Shown here: piece after piece, positions 12,323-25,277 of the stretch
Numbering within the stretch: the first letter of the stretch is position 1
How the letters are laid out: each line of letters starts with the position of its first letter
Assembly (NCBI GenBank): GCA_017654855.1
Contig: CM030332.1
Span: 7,316,001-7,380,000 of the forward strand
Source: Podospora anserina
Lineage: Eukaryota
Direction of reading: 5' to 3'
DNA length: 64,000 nt
The notes under the pieces: model-generated
What the model saw: the letters and a program-made list of their open reading frames with translations, nothing else
Told to the model about the DNA's origin: nothing
The model's database searches: none
Program-made: the position numbers and the translations under genes

Positions 12323-14459
12323 CGTGAAATAATGACCTCGTGGAAGAGGGCATTGGGAAGTTTGGAAGAAGGCAAGGCGAACCCAGGGAATTTCAGAGAG
12401 AGAGATGATCGAGAGGATATGTCGCGAGCGAGGTAGGATGACGCGGACGGCGAGATGGACAGGACGAGGGTTCATACGTGTGTGTAAAACCACGGCAGGA
12501 CTGTGAGCGAGTGGGAATCCGCATCCGTGGGAATCTAGATTGTAGCTGGAGGTGTTGTCGCAGCGTGTGCAGCAGCTGTGCAGGAAAAAGAAAGACAAGC
12601 TGGAAACCTCGCTGGCGGCGCCTAGCCCCCTAGGTTTTGGACGTGATGGAAATCGGGTTGCGATCTAGACCACGCGCGAGGATGAGACATTCCTGCAGCT
12701 CTGGTTAGCTTTCGGTTGTGGGTACCTCAGCACTGCTCAGCTCGGCGCGCGGCCTTGCTTGGCACCCAGCCCGCCAGAGTGGGTTGGAGGGAAGCCTTCT
12801 AGCACGTAGCACTAAAGTAGTGCCCGGCGCCTTCAACGACAACGGGGTCTGCCACTTTCTGCCTTTGCCCGGCCGCGGAATATAGAATTCCAGAACACGT
12901 GGAGTTGGGTGTCACAGCACGCATGGAAGCCCATCAGATAGCATGGAAGCTCCAGTCGAAAGCTGAAAAGAGATGCCAGAGGCCCAATATTTCCATCACA
13001 GGAACGCGGGGGAGGGCAGCCTGCCGATGTGGGTGGCTGAGGTACCACCTTAGCAGTCAACATCTACCATCTGCCAGAGAGCCGATCACCAACCCGCCAC
13101 ACCAGCCGTGTCCATCTCCGTCGATATCTCTTGGCCTCTTATTCCCCAGACAGGCATTTTGTCAAAAGTTCCCGCTTTCCTGACCGACAGTTCATTCAGC
13201 TAGGGGGGCAGCAGGCAAACTTTCTTTTGGACGGCTTACCACTCCCCCGGGTTCCCAAACGAGTAAATGAAACCGGCCGACAACCCCATCTCCAATAGCA
13301 CCCCCCTATTTTTCTTGTTCTTTTGATGTGACAAATCACTGGACCGCCAACATCCAATCGAGTGGGATTTCAGCTTTGCATTCCCAATCCCCCACTTCAT
13401 TCTTTCGGGGGGCCACTTTGCGGACAAGAAAACCAAGGCCTGCTAACAGTGCAGCCGCCACTTGTTTATGCCTCGTATGTCCTAGTCATGAAAACATCAG
13501 ATCAGTCATCGGATCAGGTTCCTACTAACCCCATGACCACTCGAAAACCTCCATCGAAGCCTTCAAAAAGCCTCACTCTTCTTTCCACTGTTAGCCACCT
13601 CGATCAACTCTTCCAAATCACAACATATGCCTGGCTTTGTAATCCATCTTCGATCCCCCAGGAAATCGGGAGAAACCAATCCCCAAAACCCAGGACCCCC
13701 CAAGCCACACACCCATCAACCGAGCCGATATCCGTTGGTGTACACGCTGACACACCCGCAGTGAAATAACGCCACCACCATCAGTCGTCCAACCCAACCA
13801 CGTGTGCCGTGTCCCATTTTCTAGGAACAAAAAGAAAAGAGAGGGAAAAAAAACCTTTCAAAAGTGTTTCACAACAGTCGGCCATCAGCAGCCAGTGTGG
13901 GGATCATGACCATGTCATTGGCTGGAAGATGCCGTCGAATGTCTTTCAAGTTTTCTGTTCACCGAGAGAAGAGTGGAGCACGACATGAACACCTTTTTAT
14001 GTGATGCAACATGTACGGCATGAGAGGGAGGGCAGGTCATGTTATGATGATGGGGGTTGTAGATGGGAATATGCCTGGTTTGCGAACCTCATCATTCTTC
14101 CAGAGGCCTAGAAAGTGATACCACCTAGGTATCCCTTGCTTCGTTCTTTTGGCTGGGTGACAAACTTGGATCTTGGAGAGGGAATCAATCAATTCTGGTA
14201 TACAATCAGCCTTCGTGGAAGGTTTTGAGCAAATGTAGACATTCCGATACATTGACACAACCAAAACGGCAAAGTTAACAACCACAGCAAAAAAAGGGTT
14301 TGAACAACCTCAATCTAATCAACTCATACTATTCCTACCCCTTGAACATCCGCAACCACTCACCCCAAAGCCTACATAAATACAACGTGGAGTGAACGAA
14401 AAAAACATTATATTCATGCAAGCTACCGTTCAACAAAAGAAACCCCCCCATTTCACCCC

Positions 14460-17400
14460 TTAAAAAGCCAAGACAAGGGCAGCAGCAATAACACCTCCCA
14501 AAACAACCCCATTCCTCCCCGCCCCAGCAGTCACGGGCTGCTGCGTAGCTGAAGCAATAGGCTTGACATACCCACTGCTGTAAGGGAATCCACCCGAGGG
14601 CGTAGGCTTGACAACAACTCCCTCGTCGCCACCGGCAGGCTTGGAAGTAGCAGTGACATCAGGCTTGGGCACAGTGATGATAGTAGTCAACTGCTGGACG
14701 AAGGTCGTGGTGGAGGTCGTCGTCTCCTCCTCAGCAGGGACATCAGTAATAACCTTGATTGCTGGCTTGGAGCTAGTCTCCACGCCTGGAACAGCGGGGA
14801 CAGGAGTAGAAGTGGCCTCCGCCTCGGAGATAGGGCAGACAGTTGTTCCGATTGGGACGACGACAGTGGTGGTGCTACCCGCCGGGCAGTTCGTCACGGT
14901 GGGAGCACACGAGGTGAGGGTGAGGGTCTTGGTGGAGTAGATGGTTGAGGTGGTGTAACCCGCGGGCAGGGAGGAGGAAGAGGTGATGACGGGAGCGTCG
15001 GTCGTGGTGACGGGGCAGACGGTGGTGCCGATGGCGATGGTCTTGGTCACGACGCGGCCGGGGCAGGAGGTGACAGAGGGCTCGCACGAGGTCACGGTGA
15101 AGGTGGTGGTGGAGTAGATGGTGGAGGTGGTGAAGCTCTCCGAGGGTGTGATGACGGGGCCGTCAGTGGTGGTCTCGCTGGCGGGGAGAGTCTCTGTCTC
15201 GCTAGTAATAACAGACCCGGTCTCGCTAGCGGTAGCGCTCTCGATGCTAGACTCTGTCTCGCTGGCAATAACAGACCCGGTTTCGCTGGCTGTAACGGTC
15301 TCAATCGCAGACTCGGTCTCGCTGGCAGTGACGGTCTCAGTGACGGCCTCAGTTTCGCTGGCGGTAGCGGTCTCGATGACAGTTTCGGTCTCGCTGGCGG
15401 TGGCGGTCTCAGTCCCACTGACAACAGCAGACTCGGTCTCGCTAGCGGTGGCAGTGGCAGTCTCGGTGGTCTCATCATCCTCGCAGTAGCTTTCAGTCTC
15501 AGTGGCAGTCTCGCTAACAGTAGTAACCTCAGTCTCGCTAGCGGTCAGAGTAGCACTGGCGGTGATGGTCTCGGCTTCGCTGGCAGTAGCAGACTCGGTA
15601 GCAGACTCGGTCGCAGTGACGGTCTCTGTTCCACTCGCAGTCTCGGTGGCAGTGGTAGTCTCGCTGGTGGTGGTCTCGTCATCCTCGCAATAGCTCTCAG
15701 TCTCGCTGGCAGTCTCGGTGGCAGTGGCAGACTCGGTGAGAGTAGGGCTGGTGGTAATGGTCTCAGTCTCGGTGACAGTGGCGGACTCGGTGACAGACTC
15801 GGTGACAGACTCGGTGGCAGACTCGGTGGCAGACTCAGCGGTGCTGGACTCGGTAGAGATGGTGCTTGTGGTGGTCGGGATGATATCGGTCACGGTCACA
15901 CTCTCAGTCTCAGTACTGGTAAAATCCTCAGTGTAGGTGATGCCAGTAGGCTCAGCAGAGGTTTCAACGGTTGTGGTGGTGATGTCAGGCTCGTTGGCAG
16001 TGATGGTCTCAGTCTCGGTGACGGTCTCGCTGGCAGTGGCAGACTCAGTGGCAGACTCGGTAGAGATGGTGCTGGACTCGGTAGAGGTGGTGCTGGTCTC
16101 GGTAGAGGTGGCGCTGGTCTCGGTAGAGGAGACGGTAGTAGTCTCGCTGGCAGTGGCAGACTCAGTGGCAGACTCGGTAGAGATGGTGCTGGACTCGGTA
16201 GAGATGGTGCTGGACTCGGTAGAGGTGGCGCTGGTCTCGGTAGAGGAGACGGTAGTAGTGCTGGTCTCGGTGGAGGAGACGGTAGTGCTGACAGTGGTGC
16301 TGCTCACAGTGGTGGAAGAAGTGGTGCTCAGGATGGTGGAGCTGGAGCTGGTAGGCTTGGGGATACCACGCTTGATGCAAAGCTTCTGCCCAAGTCCGAG
16401 GATGTTGCAGTTGAGACCAGGATTGAAGGCATTGAGATCGCTGAGATCAATACCGGCACGGGCAGCAATCTGATAGCAGTAGTCACCAGACTTGACACTA
16501 TACTCACGCACGCAAGCGGTCGGTGTGGGAGCCGGGGGCGTGACGGTGTGGGTGTAGCCACCCAAAAGGCTGCGAGCATACTGGTAGTAGTTCAATCCAG
16601 CTGGGCTGGAGCCTGAAACGATGTTGCTCGCGCCATAGGTGGCATCATAGATCATGACACCACCAAATGCAGCCCTGCCCTTGAACTTGTTGATGACAGT
16701 TCGGAGGTTGGTGGGCGTGAGGTAGCCACTCGCCTCACCGTTTTGAACAGCATTGGTACTTCCAGGCAATCCAATAAAAATCTTTGCACCACTGCTGGCG
16801 GTCGATTGGAGATGCGAGGCCCAAGTGTCAAAGTTGTTGTTGGTGACGCCATGGCATCCTGGGTTGTTGTAAAACTGGACGAACAAAAGGTCAAACTTGC
16901 TGTTCTTGATGATGTGCTTCATCTTGTAATACGGATCGTTCAGAGGGCATTCGGGAGCGGCGGTAATCAGGAACTGGCGGTTGTTTGGGTTGAGTTGTGG
17001 TGTCGCCATGAACTGGCGCAGACTGCTAATCATGGCGATATAGCCCTTTGACTGGTTTGCGTCTTCATGAAACTGTTAGCCAATCACGGCGTTATCATGA
17101 GCAGTCAAGGTTAAGCTTACCGTAGCTCTTCTCGATATCGAAGTCAAACCCATCAAAGACGAAGTTCTCCTCGCCCTCTTCGGCATTGAGGTAGTAATCA
17201 TCAAACGGTCTTGGGACGGTGGAGCCGGCGATGCGAGGACCGAAGGCTTGCCACACGAACAAGGCAAAGCGACGTCCTTCGGCTTCGTTGCTGAGGTCGT
17301 AGTTGGCGGTCGTCTTCCACTCTCCACCAATGGAGAGAAGGACCTTCTTGCCCTTCTTTTGGCAGTATCTGATGTCGGCAGCGATCTTTCCGCAGTCGGA

Positions 17401-17664
17401 CTGGACGTTGGTGTTGGCACCGTTGTACTTGTAGTACACTCCATCGCAGTGGCTTCCAAAGTTGGTACCCGGCCAGTTGGCTCCCGAGGGGTCCTGGGAG
17501 GGGGACTTGTTGAGGAAACCAACGGTAACATAGTCGAATCCAGAAGCATCACAGAAGGTGGAAAGCCTTGAGCCGGCGGTCTGACCCCAGTAGACATTGA
17601 CTTCGGGAGCAGCAAAAGCGGGAGCCGCGGCCAGGGCGGCAACAACGAGAGTCTTGGTGAACAT
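14460..17664 (-). CDS. Secreted GH18 chitinase (class III/subgroup B type) with LysM, long Ser/Thr/Glu stalk and probable GPI anchor, ~1048 aa, 2 exons (17664-17121, 17062-14460)
   Basis: Signal peptide MFTKTLVVAALAA. Motifs VYWGQ, KKVLLSIGG, catalytic DGFDFDIE, ITAAPEC, FVQFYNN, KIFIGLP, GGVMIYD. LysM YSVKSGDYC...FNPGLNC...LGQKLC. C-terminal TAGAGRN plus hydrophobic tail. 58-nt intron GTAAGC...GCTAAC...AAG. Confidence 0.92.
16024..16257 (-). repeat. 117-bp (39-codon) tandem duplication in the chitinase stalk
   Basis: The block starting gtctcgctggcagtggcagactcag occurs at 16024 and 16141. The peptide TTVSSTETSATSTE...STESATESATASET appears twice. Confidence 0.85.
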
Positions 17665-20600
17665 TATGGAGGTTGACGGAATATTAATAACACGGGGTAT
17701 GTGTGTAAACAAAAAGAGCGTCTGGTCAACGATGACAGTAGTAGTAATGAGTGGATGGTGCTGCGATAGCACAACGAAAGGACGCAAACAAGATGTTTGC
17801 ACGGCTGAAAGAGCACGCCGCCGTCGAGAGTTGACTTGGAGAGGACCAAGAGACGTGAAGGGCGAGAACCTTCGCCCAAAGTGGGCGGCGCGCCCTTTTT
17901 GATGCCTCCTGCTTCCCAACTCGGCATGGCTCCAGGATCGTGGGATTCCTTCTGCATCAACCTTCCGTCACCCAACGCTCGGTTCAGATCTGGCGCTCTC
18001 AGCAAGTTGTCCGGGTCGGCCTCCGCGTGTGAGGACGGGTGCAAGGAATAGTGTGTGGGTGGGAAATGAGCACATGCATGGCAACCCTACCCCGATCCCA
18101 GGCGCGCGCTGGTAGAGATACATCGTGGACGTCTGCCCTCGGTGCGGTGATACAATACTGGAGAGCCATAATTATGCCCTCAGAGCCTGGTCACCATCGT
18201 TGACGGATGAGAAGAGCAGGATGATCCTGTATCAACATTATTAGCTTCCGGTCGTCCAACATACTCTGTCCCTCTTGAACTCCCCAGATGATCATCTCCA
18301 TACCTGTTGCCCCCAAGATGCGGGCATATTGTGTACCTGCTTTTCACTGGCAGGTTCTTACTTGTTCGATTTCAATAATGTGCCCCAAAACAGCAGGAGC
18401 CCCTGCCAAGAAGATGTTGGGTTCTGCATATGCGCGGGGACAGCAGCCGTGACCCCGGTTTGAGCGCAACACCATGCCAAAAGCAGATGGAATTCCTTGG
18501 GTGTGCTGCTGCGAGGGCCTTGTGCTCCTTACCGGGCTGACTCGACGTGTTAGCGCCGGTCTGGGAAAACCCTCGTTGGTCACTGAGCAAAAGACCATTT
18601 GGGAGTAATATGAGGGAGGGGACTGAAGGATGCCGAAATTCCTGTCTTCTCAGAAACCCACGCTGCGGTGCCTGACGATCAAGAGACTCCTGGTATTTTC
18701 CACCATTCGATCTGTGATACCTGTCACTGACTCTTCTGGTGGTTTTTAGGGTTCCTTAGTAAGTGAGGCTCTGCACTGATCGCCGCGGCCAGCCTGGGAG
18801 CCTCGCGCCTGGAGTCCACCATTGAAGAACCGAGAGAGCTTGACCATCTTGGCGAGCACAGACCGGATCCTTTTTTAACCTCATATATCAACTCGACCAT
18901 ACCATGATACCGTCAAAAATAAAAGGAAACCTCCAATCTGGGGCATCGGCATCTCAGGAGCGCGGTTCAAAAACCCGATGATGGGTGAGGGAAGATGGCA
19001 TTTTCATGTCAGGTACCCGGCCGTCCAACGTTGGTGTGGCTTCTCCAGCTGCAGCCCGTATTTCTGTGGAACCCCTCAGAGACGGATAGCGCGTCCGGTG
19101 CAGCCGCCGAATCCTGCAGCCACCTCTCATCACCACCGGGCTACCCGTCCCGAAAGTGTGAACGCCCCTGCTTTCCTTCTGCCCCCCATCATCATGCCAT
19201 CTCGGCCCTGGCGCAAGACTTCACGTTGCACAGATTTGATAATAAAACCGCAATTAAGGCTGTCGTTGAAAGCGCCGTAAACCCGCCAAGCGAGCCTGTT
19301 GGAAGGATGTGCTGAAAATAGCCTCTTTCTCCTCCGGGTAAACCGGTAGCGAAGCGTGCTGAAATCTCCGGACTCTGACCGCGATGCTGTTTTGACACCA
19401 CCTTTTGACAGCTGGCCAATGGCCACTTGTGCGCAGTCCCCCAGTAAAAGACACAAGTCCCCGACATTTTAAAGCACCTGACAAAACGGACGAACCGGAG
19501 ATGTCTCTTCAAGGCCGAGACCGCAAAAGTTCTCGACCCTGGAGTATGCCTCGGTCCCCGTCCAAGCACGTCGAGCCTTGGACCTCGCTGCGTAAGGTGG
19601 AGCAGAGATAAGGGGTGCTGGAACAATGGGAATGTGACAGAGCTTTCGGTGTACAAACCCCATACCCAATTTGACAGCTGGCAGTCACCTTAAATCCTCA
19701 ACTCGTTTAGTCCAAATCTATAATAATATGAAACAGGAGGGAAAAGCCAGCACCGGTTACCCATATGCCAGAACGTAGAATGTCCAATGTAAAAGACTCG
19801 AATAAAACTAAGTAAGGTAGTCCCAATTTCATAGTGTTGGCATGCAGAATTTCGTCTGTGGCCCTGTTCTCTAGATGACAAGCGAAGCTATCACAGCCGC
19901 TTGAAGCGTTGTTAGTTAGGTGGCCGCGTAATGCTTTCTTTGACGGAAAGACGTCCATGCCTAGCGGGAAGAGACTCTCTCTCTCTCTAGAAGATCGGCA
20001 CCACGATATCGAACAGCAGCCAGATCCTCTTACTCCTGTTGTTATATGTATAGACTTTGGAGCACCTTCCTCAAGACCTAAAGCCTGAGCCATGCTTGGA
20101 CCACCAGGAGGCTATCCTCCGGGACCGACTCACCTCACCCGCCCCCCTCCCCCACCTGCCCTTAATAAGAGCAAGCTCGACAGCTTCTTCTAACAAAATT
20201 CTGTACAGTCACCATAGTGTTTAGTTAGGTGGTCTGGTGCCTTGCTCTGTAAACACCACTACTCAGGTTCAAAACACTGCAGGTTCAACCCCTGTAGTGG
20301 GCGCTCTCTGCAGTAATCGGCGATTTTCTGGTTGCTTGACTCCTATGTTCGCTCACTTTGTAGGCCGCGCTGGGGGATAGTGGGTTCGGGGGAAAGATCA
20401 GGCCGGTGATTCTCTTTTTTTTTTCTCTTTTTTTTCTTTTTTTACTTTTTCTTTTTTTGAGGGTATTTTCTTTTCTCTTTTGTCTATAGCTTCGACTTTT
20501 CTTTGAGGTTTTTTGTCTCTCTAAATTGTCATCCGACTTGATGTTCTCTTCCATGTTGGACAAACTTGGAATACAGTGGCTATAGTTCCAGCTATCTGTT

Positions 20601-23294
20601 CGACTTCGTCCCAACCAACTTCCGCATTGCCGTCATGAAAGGCCTTTGCCAGTCAGGTACTTTAGGCTTGCCTTTAACATCGCACAGACGGAAAGACGAT
20701 ACAATTAAGTCCATTGTTACGGTGCCCTTCTGGTTCCAGACATGCCTTTGTTGAACTTCAAGGAAAGCATCGTTGAGCAAATCCATCTCTAGGTATCTAT
20801 ATGTTGGATACCTAGTCGATGAAACTTGCCGAAGACTGCTCCGTTTTCTCAATAGTGTATCTGTTTAATTGCATATCAACCAAATGAAAAATATTGTTCG
20901 GGATTTAGTTCTTGATCAGACGCCTTGCGTTGCCTGTATGTACTTGGCTAATCTAGTTTTGAAGACCCAGTACCTTGTGATCTGTTTACCTTATCACCCT
21001 TCGCGATAAATCTCCGTAAAATCCCCATACGATAATGGGCATTGGTTGAGAGACATACTCTTCAGAATTTGGCAGTTTGGATGAAATTCGCGGTAGCCAA
21101 TCACTAAGGTGACACGCAAATCCTATGCCTACAAGACACCTCGAAACGGGACTTCGAGATCGAGAATATTTTGCAAATATATAATGTTTTGTCGCAGGGT
21201 TGTCTTGCTGCAGATGCAAGCTATCGGATGTTCACCTGACACCCTAAAATTGATTTATGTTCTGACTTCAAGTCGAGATCTTGCTCTCATCGTATTTACC
21301 TCAACGGGAGCTTGGGTGTGATGTTTCGACACCAACTCAGCTCGACTTAGAACAGACGTTCCGATGTGACTTGTATTATGGACGTCTATCAAGTAGTTGT
21401 AGCAGTCTCGGAGTTTTATATTGGTTCCCCGAGAAGTCGAAATGCTTTGGACTACAGAAGACAGGAAGAGAACACCCTGTGCTGTAGGTAACAAGTCCTC
21501 ATGTGTATCCCAGCTCTGGCGCTTGGATATAGTTCCCTATCGCCTCTTGAGGAAAGTCGCTGCTAGTTGAGTGCATTTTCTTAAATCCCTCGAACCTTCT
21601 GGGCATTTGTCTGGAGAGAAGCTCATATATGTCTCGCCTATCCTGTGTCGTGCGAGCCATCTCACATGGTCACGGGCAGAGAGATAGGTTACATCGTCCA
21701 ACGCAAGAACAGCTCAGCACAAACAGACGTCACTGGCCCAGGGCCCAGCAGATGGCAGAACGTGTGCATGTCGGCATACGATCAGTGGTGTGACATTGTC
21801 TCTCACCCCAAACAATCTCATGAGACTCCAAACCAAGGTCGGAGAAACTTTTTGAGATAAGAAATTGCAGAAAACGCCGCTTGCGCCATAGGGCTCCATT
21901 CTGGGGTTCGATATTGCAGAGGTGTTGTCGAGTGACGGACGTGAACTGGTTTTCGTCCAAACTGCCAAGAGGGGTAGATGGGATGACGGCAGACCGTGGC
22001 ATCCAAGACCAGGAAAGCCCTGGTACCACGACGACCCTGAAAACAACGACCAGCAAGCACCAAAACACCACGGTCGATCCCAGCTCGCCATTCCAAGGCG
22101 TGAGGTGATCGTCATAGGAAAACAGCAAACGCAGCTTCATGCGGCCCAGGGTCTGTAGGGTCGAGTCCCCGATCTTGATTCCCCCGCATAAACGACAGCA
22201 CCTGGTGGTCAGTCATCCCCCATCGCCCTGTCAAACTAGCCACTAGCTAGCGAACTGGACAGTTATTTTTGGTGGATCAGATGGGATGCCCGGCATTGGG
22301 CGGGGAATCTCTAACGGCGCTCGCTCGGCAGTTTTCTTGATCTTTGAAATTCTCTTGCAGATGGCAAACAAGCGCTAGTAAAACGGCGAGAAGTCTTTCT
22401 TTTGCCCCTTTAGATAGTCTCACAGCAGTTTTCTTGTGGTACAGTCTGCATGGCCGGTGTATGGCATCGCAGCAAATTTGTTGGGGCACTGGCGAATGGT
22501 CAGGTTCAGTGGCTGTGCGAGGTCGGTTGTTCCCCTGAAGAAACGGCCCCGGCCAATCATGTGCTGCCGAAGTGGCTCGCGGCGGCTGGGCTGGCTTGAA
22601 GGGCGCCACATTGAACCAATACGATGGACGAATATCGCAAAGCTGCATAGTAACAGAATCTCTTGCTGCACAAGAGGAGAGGACTTTGTTATGATCCATG
22701 CTGTTGTTGAGGCTTTGAAAATGAACGCTTCTTTCCGATTACCGTCACCTGATCTGATTGCTGTTTCTCGTTGGTTGCTGATGTGAGGTCGTGCTGATGT
22801 TGAGGCCACCTGCCCGTCCGGTCCAGTTGGGGGGTGATACGAAGAACGAAAGGAGGCCCGCCTCCCGAAGAAGCAACCCCTGTCATCATCTTGCGGGACT
22901 CTGGGCTCTCCGTGCAACCTGCTGAACAAGGTGCCACTCACAACTTTTCCCGTCCTCTTCAAATCTCAAATTCATTCGCTTCCCCTTTCGTTTTCACCCA
23001 CGCTCGTTTCTACCTCGTTTTACCACGTTATTTCTAATTTGGCACGCACGCACGCCGCTCCTACAAAGCTTTGTCGAGATATCAGGATAACTGGGTCACA
23101 CGGGCCTTTCATTTCGTCCACATTAGACGGCTTTGTAACGGTTCCCGTCGCGCCTTGGCCATCTCCTTCGAAACCGTCACCTCGCACGAGACCAATTTCG
23201 AAAGGACGCAACATCGCTGGGAGACCGACCCTATTTAATTTTGGTAAAAAAACAAAGACTAGGTGTCTGACTGTCACGGACTCAACCAGCCACG

Positions 23295-24101
23295 ATGCAT
23301 ATCAGAAAAGCCCTTCAACTATTCGTTTTGGGGCTGTCGGCCGCCTCTGTCGCCGAAGCTACGTTTGTGAGCCCAAGACTCGCCCGACATGAAAGAGCTC
23401 TCCAGCGAAGACAAGACGATGGCGGCGATGCGCCGCCCAACTCTGCCTCTGACGCTGCCGACGAACCACCGGCGCCATCGACGTCAGATGCCCCAGTGAC
23501 AACACCAAGCACTAGCTCAACAACACCACCACCACCCGTCACATCATCAACCCCGCCGCCTCCTGAGGAAACTTCCATTTCGGTCACTTCCAGCACCACG
23601 ACGACGACAACCCCTCGGCCAGGCAACTCCGTCTCTTCCTCCTCCACATCGTCGACCACCGCCCCGCCAGACCCCGACACAAGCGATGAGCCCACCACCC
23701 ACGTCCAGACCATCACCAGAACCATCGTGACTACTAATCCCGATGGTCAGGAAACGACGGTCATCGATGAAGTTGTGACTACCTCGACCTCGGTACCACT
23801 GCCAAACGGAGGTGGCGGTAATGGCGGCGACACGGATATGTCCACAACGACGCGCGACACGGTGATCGGCGTGGTGGTCGGTGTCGGCGGCGCTGTTGTT
23901 TTGGCTGGTCTGGGTTTTGTTGCCTGGAGGATTTGGGGCAAGAAGAAGCAGCAGGAGGAGCAAGACACCTTGATGGACGATTACAGCGCGGTTGGCGAGA
24001 AGCCAGACACGATTGGATCGACCAGCACACGCACTCCCTTTCAGAGCACACTCGAGAGCTACCACGCGCCAACACATGTCAACACGGCATCGAATTTCTA
24101 A
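23295..24101 (+). CDS. Mid2-like single-pass cell-surface sensor, 268 aa
   Basis: Signal peptide, dibasic LQRR|Q site, S/T/P-rich ectodomain, TM helix VIGVVVGVGGAVVLAGLGFVAW followed by RIWGKKK, and a short cytosolic tail (PFQSTLESYH). Confidence 0.8.
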   Translation: MHIRKALQLFVLGLSAASVAEATFVSPRLARHERALQRRQDDGGDAPPNSASDAADEPPAPSTSDAPVTTPSTSSTTPPPPVTSSTPPPPEETSISVTSSTTTTTTPRPGNSVSSSSTSSTTAPPDPDTSDEPTTHVQTITRTIVTTNPDGQETTVIDEVVTTSTSVPLPNGGGGNGGDTDMSTTTRDTVIGVVVGVGGAVVLAGLGFVAWRIWGKKKQQEEQDTLMDDYSAVGEKPDTIGSTSTRTPFQSTLESYHAPTHVNTASNF

Positions 24102-25277
24102 CGTGCTCTTCTCACGGCCATTTTCTTACCTGTCGATAATTCTGCCATTTATGGGAAGCCTCCCGGAGTTTTTTTTTTTTTTTTAACGGTTGCAACAACT
24201 ACAACATCATCACTACTTTGCATGCTCAGTGGACAAGGACGATTGTTTTCTTGTCCTCGCCGCTTGAAACGAAACCCAATGTGTATCATGGTGGAGGACT
24301 AGACAATGTGTTGTTTCGCTCAGGAGCTCATCACAAGAAGCGTTTTGCCTTTTTTTCTCTCTATCGGGTGGTTGGTTCTGGTCAGCATAGATTGGGAATT
24401 TATCCTCGGCGTGTGGCTGAGGGAGGGTTGTTTATTCGTTACTCTCCTTTTACATTATTATCTTTGTTTATTCCCCATCCTCAAAAAGTAACGACATGGC
24501 GTTGTGAAAGAGAAGTTACCGTTTAATACCAATATCGACTGCCTACCTTCCTACCATCTACGCTAGTAAAAATTATGAAAATCTCGGTTCTCGAAGCTTT
24601 TTGAGATGAAGAGATGAACGAAGTGAAGCCGAAAGAGGAGCTTATGACTCCCCGCTTCATTCAAACTTTTTGAAATGCCAGAAATTGTCGGTTGAGAACT
24701 AGTGTGCGAACTTTGTCTGAATGGCAGGTGTCACTCTCATCTGATCTTGGGATTTGGTTTGGTATCGAGTCAGGAGCTTGAAGCCGGCGCCGGCGCAAAT
24801 TCCGGGGGCGATGACGGCATTGGTGATGCAAGGGGCATTTCTCTCGAACTTGATTCAAGATTTTTGCGTCATGGGAGATCACGTGCATCGTTCTTCTCGG
24901 GGGAAAAGTTCTTGATTGACGGGTGGTGCTCGAGCCTCGTGGTAAATCATGGTTGTCTCAGACAGGTTTCAGGGTGACTTTTTCTGTGGGAATAGCTCCA
25001 TGCGCAGAAACGGGGATTGGGTTGGGGTTTGACAGCGCGGGGTAGACATGCTGTAGTGGTTTAAGTTTAATATCTTTTGAGGCTCGTCTTTTACCATCGA
25101 AACCTGGGGTTTTTGATATTGTTGTTGTGTATTTTGAAGGGTTCACTTCGTCCTCTCTTTGTGATATTGTCAGTTCGTCCATCCAGGTGATGGTAGGTGG
25201 TCTAGTTCTTCATTTCTGAATAGCATTTTTTTTTTGTTTGATCAACGGCATTTCTTTGATACCCCTTTTCTGTCAAA

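Noticed and set aside
14608-16473. Val-rich + strand ORFs
   Set aside because: Antisense shadows of the Thr/Ser-repeat chitinase stalk.
18893-18903. CGACCATAC resembling the 5' end of fungal 5S rRNA
   Set aside because: The following sequence does not continue as 5S.
22157-22171. GGGTCGAGTCCCC resembling a tRNA T-arm
   Set aside because: It lacks the TTC of the T-loop, and I could not build a cloverleaf or acceptor stem.
24560-25182. Short minus-strand ORFs between the Mid2-like and secreted-protein genes
   Set aside because: Multiple stops, no splice signals rescuing a frame, and no recognisable motif.
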